The translations under genes were made by a program, and so were the position numbers. The notes under the pieces are model-generated. The model was not told the DNA's origin and made no database searches. It was given only the letters and a program-made list of their open reading frames with translations. Below, piece after piece: positions 34,702 to 46,894 of a stretch of DNA of 64,000 bases. The DNA is taken from contig CM119265.1 in the NCBI GenBank assembly GCA_051294375.1, positions 28,439,141-28,503,140 of the forward strand. Direction: 5' to 3'. This DNA comes from Paraspadella gotoi (taxonomy: Eukaryota; Animalia; Chaetognatha). Every line of letters begins with the position of its first letter. Within the stretch, counting starts at the first letter, position 1.

Positions 34702-37700
34702 TCACTTCCCCAAGAGACTCCTCCGCAGCCCAATCTCGTCTTCAACGACGGGCCACACTTTCAAAGCCGCCGCCAAATTCTTCTTCGAGGGAAATGATTC
34801 GAAGACGACGGAAGATTCCACTTCTTTTTTCTTCAATGGAGGAGGAAGGAAGAAGACGACGCGAATCTTTCGAGAGAGGAAGAGATCGTGGATGATGGGA
34901 AAGGCCAATCTGAATAGAACATTGAAAGAAAAGACAATGAGTAAGGCTAATCTGAATAGAAAATTGAAAGGAAAGCCAATGAGTAAGGCTAATCTGAATA
35001 GAAAATTGAAAGGAAAGCCAATGAGTAAGGCTAATCTGAATAGAAAATTGAAAGGAAAGCCAATGAGTAAGGCCTCTGAATAGAAAATGAAAGGAAAGCC
35101 ATCATAAGGCCAATCTGAATAGAAAATTGAAAGGAAAGCCAATGATTAAGGCTAATCTGAATAAAAAATTGAAAGTAAAGCCTATGAGTAAGGCCAATCT
35201 GAATTAAAAAAAATCTTAAAAGCATAAGGATCGTCGCAATCGCATAAGAAAAATATGGATTGACAACAAATTTTGATACTAAAAAAAATAAAATTTGAGA
35301 AAAGAAAATTAATTTATAAACAGAAAGAAAAATTATATTTTATAAATTATAAATTAAAGTTACAGTTTCTGAAAAAAAAGAAAACAAATTATCAAAAAAT
35401 AAATTAATCAGCAGACGCAGCCCCTGAGGAAAAAAAACCAAAAAAAAACCTGATGTTGCGATAGCAAAATGATAACATACACGAATGCGATGCTTATTTT
35501 TATGAGTTCAATCCTATTTCAATTTTTTTTTAATAAAAACGCAGAGAGAGAGAGAGAGAGAGAAAAGAAAGAATTCAAAAGGCAGCAGCAGAAGCAGCAG
35601 GAGAAAAGAGAGAAAAAGAATAAGCCCCTGCAGAGCCAGCTGCAGACTCGTTTTTTCCTATGATTATGAATCAGTGATGAGGGAAAAGAGAGATGTAATT
35701 AAAAGAGAAAAGAGAGAGAGAAAGAAATATGAAAATAAAAGAAAAAAAATTTGTTTGTTTTGATAAAACGTAAACAAAACATATTTAATAACTGTCCAGA
35801 CTCAATTTTAAGCACATCGATGATGAGAGGCTGTATATAAATTTTCAGCTTCATAAACCCAAATTTAATCATAAAAAAGGCGATCTATAATTTGGAACGC
35901 CGACGACGACAACGACGACGACGACGCCACTTATGGGCAAAAGCGATACAATATCGTCGCAAACGCTAAGCGATTGCGACGATAAAAAATGGAAAGAGGC
36001 AAATTATGAAGCCCAATCTGAATAGAAAATGGAGGGAAGGCTAATTATGAAGGTCAATCTGAATAGAAAATTGAAGGAAGGCTAATTAGGAAGGCCAACC
36101 TGAATAAAAAATTGAAAGGAAAGCCAATGAATAAAAAATGGAAAGAAAGGCAAATTAGAAAGGCTAATAAACAGAGAAGAAAATGATTATTTGGGGATTA
36201 GAAAAAAATTAGGAAAATATTAGAAAAAGATTAGGAAAAAATTAGGAAAAGATTAAAAAAATATCATGAAAAGATGAGGAAAAAAATTAGGAAAAGATTA
36301 GGAAAGAATGAGGAAATGAAATGATAAAGAGAACCTTACCTTCCGCTTCTTTCTTGCAGCCGCGCCATCTTCCCTTCCTCCTCCTCCTCCTCCTCCTTCG
36401 CCTCCAAATATTCCAGCGTCAAATACACCACAGCCGCTTCCGCCGCCTCAGCCGCGTCGGCGACGGCGTCCGACGCGGCCACCCCCACCGGCCACGCGGC
36501 GCCGTTTTCCACGAGGACGTCGAGACCGCGCCGACGCAGCGGCGCCGCCACGCGGGCGTCGGCGTCGTCGACGGCGTCGTAGGAGCAGAGGACGAGTACA
36601 GCGGCGCCGGGATCTAGATGGCGCCGGTCCAGCAGCGCCTGAAGGAGACGGAGCCGGATCCGGCGCCGATGGAGGAAGACGACGATGAGAGAGACGACGA
36701 CGAAGCCGACGACGACGCCGGAAACGATGGCGCGAGGACGAGGGTCGTCGGCGGAGCGGAGAGAATAAGAGGCCAAAGGGGCTGTGGAAGGGGCGGGGGT
36801 TAAGAGGGAGGGGTAAGGAAGGTGGTGGAGGAGAGTTAGGAAGGGGTGGTGGAGGAGGGAAAGGGGGAGGAAGAAGAGGTGGAGGAAAAAGAGAAGGAGG
36901 AAAATGAGACTTAAACCTTTTATAAAGTTTTTTTTTTTTTTTTTTTTTTAGAGAAGCCTTTTTCTGACTCATGTAGTCATTTTAATAAACGCTCCTGTTT
37001 AGACTTTATATTACAGGATTTTTACATTTTGACTATTTTGAAACAAATTATATTTAGACATTTTATACTACTTTGGGGCAAATATTCGTTTTTTTAAAGC
37101 CTAGTATTTTTTTGGGGGGGAAGCCATTTGGAGACCCTTAGAAGCTTAGATCCTTTGGCCCCAAGGACCTTAGACCCATAGAATCTTAGACCCATATGAG
37201 CCTAGAGCCTGATACCATTAGAGCCTAAGAGCATTAGACTATTAGATCCTGAGAACCTTAAAACCCCTTAGTCCCTTAGACCCTGAAGCCTTAGACCATT
37301 GAGCCTTAAACCCTTTGCCCTCTCACCTTTCCATCCATTCCCCGTTCTTCCTAAGTCGACAATCCATTTCCCCTTCGATAGAATCTTCGCTCCAGTCTAT
37401 CTCGTAGTCATTATCGAATCTACAGGGCGAACAGGAGCAAGAAGTGGAGCAACGCGTAGAGTTGAGATCAGAGGAAGAAGATGAAGACGACGGACGCCAC
37501 CACCAGTGAAGGCAGCAGCGGCCGCTGCGGGGACAGGAGGCGGAGCAGGTGAGCCGCTCTGCCGCGCCGGGATGCAGGGCCAAGCGGCGGCGGCGTTGAG
37601 GCTGCAGGAAAGTATTTTTATGTTTTTTTTTTTTTTTTATTTTCATGATTTATTTGCTAAATCATTTCCGCATCGCTCTAATCAGCTTCTTATTTCATCA

Positions 37701-40700
37701 CTGACCCCATCACTCACCCACTTACCTGCACCCCATCTCCTCCTTTAGGGCAGCAAGCCCCCTTCACTCCATCAATGCAGATAACGAACGAGGCCTCCCT
37801 TTCTCCAGCACGGCATTTTAGACTAAGGTGAGGGAATTGTCCGCCGAAGCAACGGGTAGGGTCGGGCCGACCGCTGCCCACGGTGAGATCGAGGTAAGGC
37901 GATCCTTGGTGAGAATAGAAGCGGGTAGGGACGGATTCGAGGCTTGGGGAGTAGGAGGAAGTCGGTTGCCAAGTGGAGGGGGATGTTTCGACGAGCCACT
38001 CCACGTCGGCTGGGGGAGAGAGAGGAAAGGGGAAATCGGGGGAGAGATAAAACGGTTAAGGAAATAAAATAATTTGAGGCCAAATTAATGATAAATATCC
38101 CGGACTATAAATACTGTTAAATAGCAACATTAGGTGTAGGGAACCATAACGAGGGGGGGGGGAAATTGAACAAAAGAAACTCGTGTCTCGGCTCCGGCTC
38201 CACATCCCTGGTTCTGGAATGTCTCGGCTCCGGCTCCACATCCCTGGTTCTGGAATGTGAATGAATACTTTTTAATTTAATTATTCATTCAATTGAAAAA
38301 TAGGCTACATATCTCGACTTTCTTTTGAAAGGCTATTGTGGGTTAAGGGCTTCATGCCTCTTGCAAGATAAAGTAACTATATAACAGTACCCAGGACCCA
38401 GGAATAATAAAGTCGAGTTTATCAACTCCCAGAGCGCCTGTCTTTCTTATCAAGAAGTGGCAAAATACTGGCCTTATTTTCGCGGAACACCCAATTTCAT
38501 CTTAATTTTTTTTAATGAAAGATTAAATTGGAAGTAAAGGTTAAATATTAAGTTAATGATTAATAATAATAATTTGGTTAATGATTATTAGGATGAAGTG
38601 AAAGTTTGGAATCAAAATTTAGCAGTTATATCTTGAAAACTATCATATTAATGAATAGTAATCTATAGTTATTTTTCTTTTTTCACAAATATAATAGCCC
38701 AGTCAGTTTATTTTGTATATACAATGTCAAAATTAAAATTTTTTTTAATTATGAGAAACTGATTCAGATTCCTCGTTAAAAGTTAATAAAACAAAATAAT
38801 AAAATTATAAAAAACTATATTTTTAAGCTAGAAATTGAAAATTGGCATTTTAAATATAGTTTTTTTACATTTTTAGCCTAGTTAATGAAAGAATTTAAAA
38901 AAAATTATAATTTCAAAAAAATTCAAATTCGATCTTAAAATTTAAAAATTCGCAACTTAAAATTTTAGCCTATTATATATTTATTATTATATATAAATAT
39001 AGCTCACTGGTGCCCACTAATGTACAAAATTAAAAAATAAATTTACCAAAATATTTTTTATTGGTTTTTATTTTCATAATTTATATGCTAAATTTTAATT
39101 TTCTAAAATTTTATCATTTTCACATCACTCTAATGATTAGAGTTAAAGATGAAAGCTAGAGATTAGGAATAAGGGTTTAGGATTATATTAGGGTTTAAGA
39201 TTAGAGTTCCGATAACCGTTAACTGGTAACGGTTATTAACGGTTAAAAATAATTTTAACTTAACCGTTAATATATTTATTTTAATGGTTAAATTCGGTTA
39301 ATTTTCAAATGTGATTTTTTAGTACGAAATCTTTAAATTTAAAAAAAAAACTATTTTTTTCCTATCCTCTCTTATTTTCCTCTCCCCTTCTCACCATATT
39401 TTTACCCCTCTCTCTCTTCTCCACTTTTTCTCTGCTTTTTTCCTTTGTTATTTTCTTCTTTTTTTTCTATCCTAATCTCTCTCTTATTCTTTCTTCCCCT
39501 TTATTTAACTCCTCCCGTTTCTTTCTTTTTCTTTCTCACTTTTCCCCTTTTTCTTTTCCTCTTTCTTTTCTCTCCTTTTTTCTCCCTTTTATTTTACCCT
39601 TTTCCTTTTTTTCGCCCTCCCATATAATAATAAATAATCAAGTTAGCTAAAAATAAATAATCCCTCTTATTTGACTTTTTTTCTCTTTTTCTTTCCCTTT
39701 TAAAATTAACAAAGAAGCAAATGAAATGAAACCGAATGAATGAAAAAAAATTAATAAAAAACCAAATACAAAAAATTATTATAAAAAATTTAAAAATTGA
39801 TAATAGAAGAAACGAATCTTAAAAAAGACATTAAGGCTAACTAAAACTTTCCTTCAATAATGATGATATACTTTTTAATTAACTGAAAAATATATTTATT
39901 AATCAATAAATCTTTTGATCAATCGATAAATCAATCAGTCTATCAATAAATTAAAATTCATATTTATGGTCAAAGACCATTGGTCATTAAAGTGTAGTAA
40001 AATTTCTAAATTTAAATTTAATTAAAATTCTAAAAGTGAGGAACGAACAATATTATACTAATGAACATTTATGTAATAAAAACAAGTTTGAGCAAACAAT
40101 GTCGGATCTACCCACGATCATTATCGGTAATAATTAATTATTAATTAATTAATAATTAATTCAAGTTAATTAATTATTTAATTAATTAATAATTAATTTA
40201 TTCAAGTTAATTATTTAATTAATTAGGCAATTAATTAATTAATTAATTTGATCAGAAATGTTTGTTTTGATTGATTAATTGTTTAATTAATTATTGATTA
40301 ATTAATTAAATAATTAACTTGAATAAATTAATTATTAATTAATTAAATAATTAATTAACTTGAATTAAGTATTAATTAATTAATTGACTAATTGATTAAT
40401 TAACTGATTAATTATTTGATTAATTAATACATCTTGCATTTACATTTAAAATAAAAGAAAAAAGAAGCATAATCAATTAGTGAAATAGGTTCTTTGTATT
40501 TTCCATTTAAACTCATTTCCACTCAAACGATTCCATCGAAACTTGATTTCCAGTTTAATCACACACTTTTCTACCCAAATATTAAAGTTCAAATAGTGAA
40601 ATTTATTTTTTTATTTTTTTTCAATTTAAACTCATTTCTACTTGACGATTCCATCGAAACTTAATATACAGCTCAATCACACACTTCTCTACCCACACAC

Positions 40701-43700
40701 AAAATTTCATTCCAATCCATCCTTTCAATCACGAGTAATTGGTGTTTTTTGCTAAGGTGGGATGGACGGACGGACAGACGGACGGACGGACAGACAGACA
40801 GACGGACATCTTTTTTTTGCATAATTAATCATAATTCGATGTTCTGACATGATATAAGTGACTGCCCGACAATATTGAGGGAGCGGACCGACAAAGTGAA
40901 TTATAGAGTCGGGATCTGCTGAAAGCAGATCCGACTAAAAATATGAGTCATGCAGAGGCAGCCAGAAAAAAGAAAGATATCAAAAGGCAGCAGCAGAAGC
41001 AGCAGGAGAAAAGAGAGAAAAAGAAAAAGTCCCTGCAGAGCCAGCTGCAGGCTCGTTTTTTTCCCGATGAATCAGCACTAAAAATGATCATAAAAATGAT
41101 GCAAGTAAAAAAAATGATGCAAGTTAAAAAAATGATGCAAATTGAAAAAATTATGTGAGTTGAAAAAATTATGTGAGTTGAAAAAATTAAGTGAGTGGAA
41201 AAAATGATGCGAATTGAAAAAATGATGCGAGTTAAAAAACATTTTAAAAAAAATTGTGATTTATCATCTGATTATCTGATTAATTATCATAGGCAGATCC
41301 GACATTGTTTGCTCAAACTTGTTGAAAAAAATGTTTACTTTATTTTACGAGCAATTCTAATACGGTCTTAAAATTTAATAACAAATTAATTTCAATTCAT
41401 TACAATATATAAATATAGCTTAAAGGTTTCAAGTAATGTATAAAATTATAAAAAAAATCACAAGCTATTTTAAGACACTTTAATTGTACTTAGGCTAAAA
41501 GGGCAAAATAGGCAATTTTTTTTTCTTGTAATCTTGTAATTCACAGAAACTGATGATGTTACATTCTTGTTAATTTTAATTTTTTTTCTTATATTTTGTA
41601 TTTCATGTATTTATCTGTAATTTAATTTGTTTTTGTTTAAAGAAAAAACAAAAACTGAGTTGTAATTGAAAATATGCTTGTTTTTATTTAATGAAAATAT
41701 TTTTCTAATGAACGATTATTAATTATATTACATTTATAAAATATAGTCTCGTCTCTTACACTTGGATGGAACTTTCACGTCTTCCAGACCATTCTTGCTA
41801 GATTAACCCAGTTTGCCCGCAACCTCCGCCACCAACGCAGCGAACTGATGCCGATGCTGTGTTCGTCCAAGACTCGACAGCTGCTAATTAAAGTTTTAAA
41901 CATTAGGACACCCCAGAGAGACCGGTGAACAGCTTCGTGATCGTAATAGAGCTGTGGATGCCTAAGCTAGCGCTGGAAATGTCATCCAGTTTTGGTCTGA
42001 GACGACAACGATGACAATGTCTTTGATGGAGAGCATTGTCTAGTCATCGTCTCTGCAGGGTTTGAACCCTCTTTCTTTCCTCCACTCTTGGGTGACTAGC
42101 CATCTCGTATAATGAGACATATATCTTCGAGAGTTTAATATTTTTATGAACTTAAAATAATTGATAATCAATGTAAATAAAAGATTTTTCATAGAGATTC
42201 GATCTCGGGAGTTTCGGCCCACATCAATTTGCTTAGTGGAAGGCGCCACTCTGTTTCACAACATTTATATATTCACTTTTACAATTTATCTATTGTAGTA
42301 TGTCAATAACATTTTTAAAACAAAAGACACTATAACACATAGTTTAATAGGTGTCATCACTAGTTCTATTATGTTCATTATTGTTATCTACATTTCCATT
42401 GTTAAGTCTTTAACCTTCACAAAGTATTTCTCTTAATGTCATTTATGTTTACTACTTCATTTGTTGATATTTATTGATTTCGTTAATGTTTATTTGTATT
42501 AATGTTACTGTTTACAATATTGTGTAATATAGATATTTTGATTGCTTGTCGGTAAAAGCAGCCAGAATATCTATATGCTTTGATTATTTTATTAAGGCCT
42601 GTTTTCAGGAATGAACAAATGAAACTTTTGTTCCGGAGAATATTTTATTATTCATACGAACTTTGGAGTCAAATCGTTTTAGCCACATTGGTGAAACCGA
42701 CGCAGAACTGTAACGCCTCCATCATTCCGCGAGGCGTCACCCAACCTCTCGACGAAAAGCCAATGAAACCGGACCTCTAAGCTTTTGATAAAGAAAATAT
42801 CGAGATCTGGATTCGGCGAGTCGAATCCGCATATACTCGCGCAAGAGTAGTCAACGCCAAAGACAAGTTTGCCTTTTTGGAGGCCAAGATCCCCGTCGAC
42901 ACGAATCCCCGCATCAACGAGCCTACTGCCGGCAATTGTACTCTCTTCCTCGAATATTTGCGCCGCGCTTACGGCCTTACGAATCCCCGACAAGCTAAGT
43001 TACTCCTCGACAGGAAGGTCAACGAAAAGTCGACGACCGTCTTTATAGACGACATTCGCAAAGAACTGGTTCTCAGTGAGCTCCCTCGAGACATCCGGAC
43101 CAATCTCATCGACCGCGCTGAAACGGCAACCGCGGCCGAGTTAGCCAAGGCGGCCGACAAGCACTTCGACGCCAAACGTCAAACGAGCGCCGCCCCTCAA
43201 CATGATCGTCGACGACGCCGTCTCCGACAATTCCAGCGACGACGATCACATCTATCCGATCAGCGCCGTCAACAGGCGCCACGACCATCGCCCAAAGCCT
43301 CACCAAAAGCAAAGCCGCCCTCATGACACCTCCAACGCCTCGTCAAGCAGATCAAGTGGCGNNNNNNNNNNGGACCTGGCTGATCGATGGAGGAGCTCTC
43401 ACTAATTCCTCCAACTCCGAAGCGCGTCGCCGGCAAACGGTCCTCAGCTTCAGGCGGCGAACGGCACGCCCATCGCCTGCTACGGAACGGCACATAAGCG
43501 GATCAATTTGGGCCCAAGATTGTTCCCATTTTAATTGCTTATCGCGGACGTCACCCAGAGCTGATTTCTTGGCGGAGTTTTTCTTGGCCGCCAATCACCG
43601 CGAAAGGAATTCTTTTGGATTTTTCAACAATCACCTGCGCCCGCTCGTTCGTCAAGACGGTGGCACACGTCAATTTTGTCGATCAATCCGACAAATATTA

Positions 43701-45969
43701 TCAACTGCTAGACAAATTTTCAACCGTGCTCACGCCGACATTTGAAATTCGAGAGCCCAAACACGGCGTCCGCCATTTTATCCCAACACAAGGTCGCCCT
43801 TGTCAAGCTCGGGCGAGACGGCTCTCCCCAGAGAAACTGGCGGTTGCGAAGGCAGAACTAGATAAGATGGTGGAATTGGGCGTCGCACTACGAGCAAAAA
43901 GCCCATGGTCATCCCCACTCCACTTCTCTTAACCTTATCTGACCGATTCTTTGGACTCTCTGGTCACCTTTGGCTTCCTTTGGGCCCGATAACTAATAAC
44001 AGATAGAGAGAAACTTTTAAAAATTGACATAAATGTGTCTTTTGGTTTTCTTTTTTAAACTCTTTTTTTATTCCTACAATTCCATCAAAAACTTATATCC
44101 AGCTTAATCTCATTGTTTCTACCCACACACAAAATTTCATTTCAATTTATTTATCCAATTTTTAATCAATATAATAATTATTGATTGATTAATTAACTGA
44201 TTAATTATTTGATTAATTATTATATTATTATTATATATATTATTATATTATCATGCATTTTCATTTAATATAAAAATAAAAAGAAGCATAATCTGTTAAA
44301 GATTTCTTGCCTCGTTTACTCATTTTCCGCCATTTTTAGGCCAATTCATTTTACGGTCATATTTTCGCGGGATTAACAATAATCAATTTCATAGTTAATG
44401 AAATAAAGAAGATGATCGAACCGCGGGCGTGAAGACAAATCAAAGGAAAAAATCTTCGCATAATCAATTAGTGAAACAGATATTTTGTTTTTTCCATTTA
44501 AATTCATTTCCACTAAGACGATTCCATCGAAACTTGATTTCCAGCTTAATCACACACTTTCATACCCACATACAAAATTTTAAGTTCATTGTCCCATCCA
44601 CTCATGAGTAATTGGTGTTCAAATAGTTTAAACACTTTTTCACTCGCACGATTTCATCAAAACTTCATATCTAGCTCAATCACACACTTCCCTACACACA
44701 CACAAAATTTCATTCCAATCCATCCATCCAATCACGAGTAATTGGAGTCTTTTGCTAAGGTGGTACGGACGAACGGACGGACAGACAGACAGACAGACAG
44801 ACATCGTTCTTTTTTTCATAATTTATCATGGTAATTATCCTTTCTTTTTCGTTGTTTGAGAGATTAACAAAGTTTGATTTTATTTTTGCAACGAATTTTA
44901 TTTTACAAGAGCAGACATGTTTCGGCTCACAATACGTGCCTTCATCAGCGCATAATTTATCATAATTCGATATTCTGACATGATATATGTAGTTAGCACA
45001 CAATATTGAGAGGGCGGACCGACGGACCGACAAAGTGAATTATAGAGTCGGGATCTGCTTATAAGCAGATCCGACTAAAAATTATAATAAATTTTACAAT
45101 TTACGCAGTCGGCCATATTTATACTAGTACTAAACCAATAAATGTTAAAATTTTAAAACAGTTTTTACTAAGATTTTTTTGCAGATTCGGATTCGTAATA
45201 AAAAGTTGATAAAAAGAAATATAACTCTTTTTGAAAAATTCCTTCATTAAGTGGGTCAAAAATTAAAAAAAAGCTATATTTTAATGAAAGAATTTTAAAA
45301 ATGATTTATATTTTCTTTTATCAACTTTTGACGAGGAATTCAAATCTGCAATCAAAATTAAGAAAAGGCTATTTTGAAATTTTTAGAATTAGAATTCGAT
45401 GGTATCCTTTTGTTTCGTTGTGTTTTGAAATTAGCAAAATATTTGTTTTTTTACAACAACAATTTTATTTGACGTAAAAAAACAGACATGTTTCGATTCT
45501 GTTTCGAATCTTCATCAGCGCATTCAGGAGCCAGAGTTAAAGAGAAAATACCATTAAATGCTTTTGTTTGTTTTAAATCTTAATATTTTAAATTTAAAGT
45601 TAAATTATAAAATTAACCGATCTTAATGGTTAACCATTAAAATATTAGTTTTAACGGTTAGGCGAATTTCCTAAAAAATTAACGGTTATCGGAACTCTAT
45701 TTAAGATTAATATTTAAAATTAAGGTTTAAAATTATATTCTAAATTTAAAAAATATATTTAAATAAAATATTAAAATTAAAATTAAATTCCCGTATAAAG
45801 TAATCAAAATAGGGCGCTTTTGTAAAAGAGAGCCCATGTCTCACTCTTACTCACCGGATCTTCTTTCGAACATTGGACATATCACAGTTCGATTCGTACA
45901 AAACGTGAGACTCAAAATTTTTGCGTCGGACGAAAACAAGAGTAGAAGAAAACAAAAGGCAATCAACAT
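34702..45969 (-). CDS. Toll-like single-pass receptor: signal peptide, Cys-rich ectodomain without visible LRRs, TM helix, divergent TIR domain
   Basis: Exons 45969-45855 (MLIAFCFLLLLFSSDA..), 38009-37726, 37601-37327 (C..CPRSGRCC..CSTSCSC), 36781-36340 (TM AIVSGVVVGFVVVSLIVVFL, HRRRIRLRL, then VLCSYD..LRRRGLDV..G..DAVADA..AVVYLTLEYL) and 34909-34702 (F..IHDLFLSRKIRVVF). All junctions are in phase except exon 3/4, which is 1 nt off beside a C4 run. Confidence 0.6.
34898..35210. repeat. 42-bp minisatellite (about 7 copies; degenerate copies at 35985-36170) overlapping the last splice acceptor of the TIR gene
   Basis: Unit gagtaaggctaatctgaatagaaaattgaaaggaaagccaat. Confidence 0.9.
40081..40941 (+). 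mobile_element. HINE/DINE-1-like (Helentron-associated) element; other copies at about 44070-45080 and a partial inverted copy at 41255-41322
   Basis: aacaag start with gtcggatct subterminal repeat, (ggac/agac)n microsatellite, 3' hairpin gtcgggatctgct..agcagatccgac and A-run. Confidence 0.65.
42686..43932 (+). mobile_element. Degraded Gypsy (Ty3) LTR retrotransposon gag-protease-RT N-terminal fragment
   Basis: PBS-like ..CA TTGGTGAAACCGAC; gag FDKENIEIWIRRVES..DKFAFL; protease-like WLIDGGA; pol HGVRHFIPTQGRP..RARRLSPEKLAVAKAELDKMVELG..SPWSSPLH. Confidence 0.85.
44911..44950 (-). ncRNA. Minimal type-I hammerhead ribozyme in a 121-bp Penelope-like insert (44830-44950) with a 13-bp TSD
   Basis: Minus strand CUGAUGA-A-GGC..GCC-GAAA-CAUG-UC. 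Flanked by cataatttatcat at 44817-44829 and 44951-44963. The insert is absent from the sister HINE copy near 40820. Confidence 0.65.
45482..45520 (-). ncRNA. Minimal type-I hammerhead ribozyme (second copy)
   Basis: CUGAUGA-A-GAUUC(GAAACA)GAAUC-GAAA-CAUG-UC; same downstream tail family as 44830-44910. Confidence 0.7.
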
Positions 45970-46661
45970 CTGAAAAGAGAGAAAGAATTGAGAGATGAGA
46001 AAAAACAAAAGGCAATCAACATCTGAAAAGAGAGAAAGAATTTAGACATTAGAAAAAACAAAAGACAATCAACATCTGAAAAAAGAGAAAGAAATTTAGA
46101 GATGAGAAAAAACAAAAGGCAATCAACATCTGAAAAGAGAGAAAGAATTTAGACATTAGAAAAACAAAAGACAATCAACATCTGAAAAGAGAGAAAAAAT
46201 TTAGAGATGAGAAAAACAAAAGGCAAACAACATCTGAAAAGAGAGAAAGAATTTAGACATTAGAAAAAACAAAAGACAATCAACATCTGAAAAGAGAGAA
46301 AGAATTGAGAGATGAGAAAAAACAAAAGGCAATCAACATCTGAAAGAGAGAAAGAATTTAGACATTAGAAAAACAAAAGACAATCAACATCTAAAAAAAG
46401 AGAAAGAATTTAGAGATGAGAAAAAACAAAAGGCAATCAACATCTGAAAAGAGAGAAAGAATTTAGACATTAGAAAAAACAAAAGACAATCAACATCTGA
46501 AAAGAGAGAAAAAATTTAGAGATGAGAAAAAACAAAAGGCAAACAACATCTGAAAAGAGAGAAAGAATTTAGACATTAGAAAAAACAAAAGACAATCAAC
46601 ATCTGAAAAGAGAGAAAGAATTGAGAGATGAGAAAAAACAAAAGGCAATCAACATCTGAAA
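45948..46661. repeat. About 53-bp minisatellite (about 13 units, two alternating variants) overlapping the acceptor and ATG of the TIR gene
   Basis: Unit aatcaacatctgaaaagagagaaagaatt(g/t)aga(gatg/catt)agaaaaaacaaaag(g/a)c. Confidence 0.92.
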
Positions 46662-46894
46662 AAAATAATAGGGGAAAAGAGGAGATGGGGAGAGAATATT
46701 AAACAATTACCGACGAGAATGCAGATAAAATTTTAAAAAATAATTATACGTAATAAATTTAAAAAAAATAAATTAATGAAATAAAATATACAAAATACAG
46801 ATGAAACGATTTCAAATTACTAAACACTAAACTTGTTTTAAATTAAAGCCGAATATTGATTCAACAAAAACTTAAGATAATTGAATATTTAAAT

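Larger units (their letters stand above)
39202..45699. mobile_element. Non-autonomous hAT-type DNA transposon (6.5 kb including nested insertions)
   Basis: TIRs TAGAGTTCCGATAACCGTTAA / TTAACGGTTATCGGAACTCTA, exact 8-bp TSD TTTAAGAT (39194-39201 and 45700-45707), and subterminal aacggtta repeats. No transposase seen. Confidence 0.85.

Noticed and set aside
40130-40430. Long AT-only quasi-palindrome
   Set aside because: A TTAA-based low-complexity expansion inside a HINE copy; self-complementarity is expected from its composition.
45948-46661. CRISPR-like appearance of regularly spaced repeats
   Set aside because: The intervening sequences are themselves repeated, there are no unique spacers or cas genes, and the context is eukaryotic.
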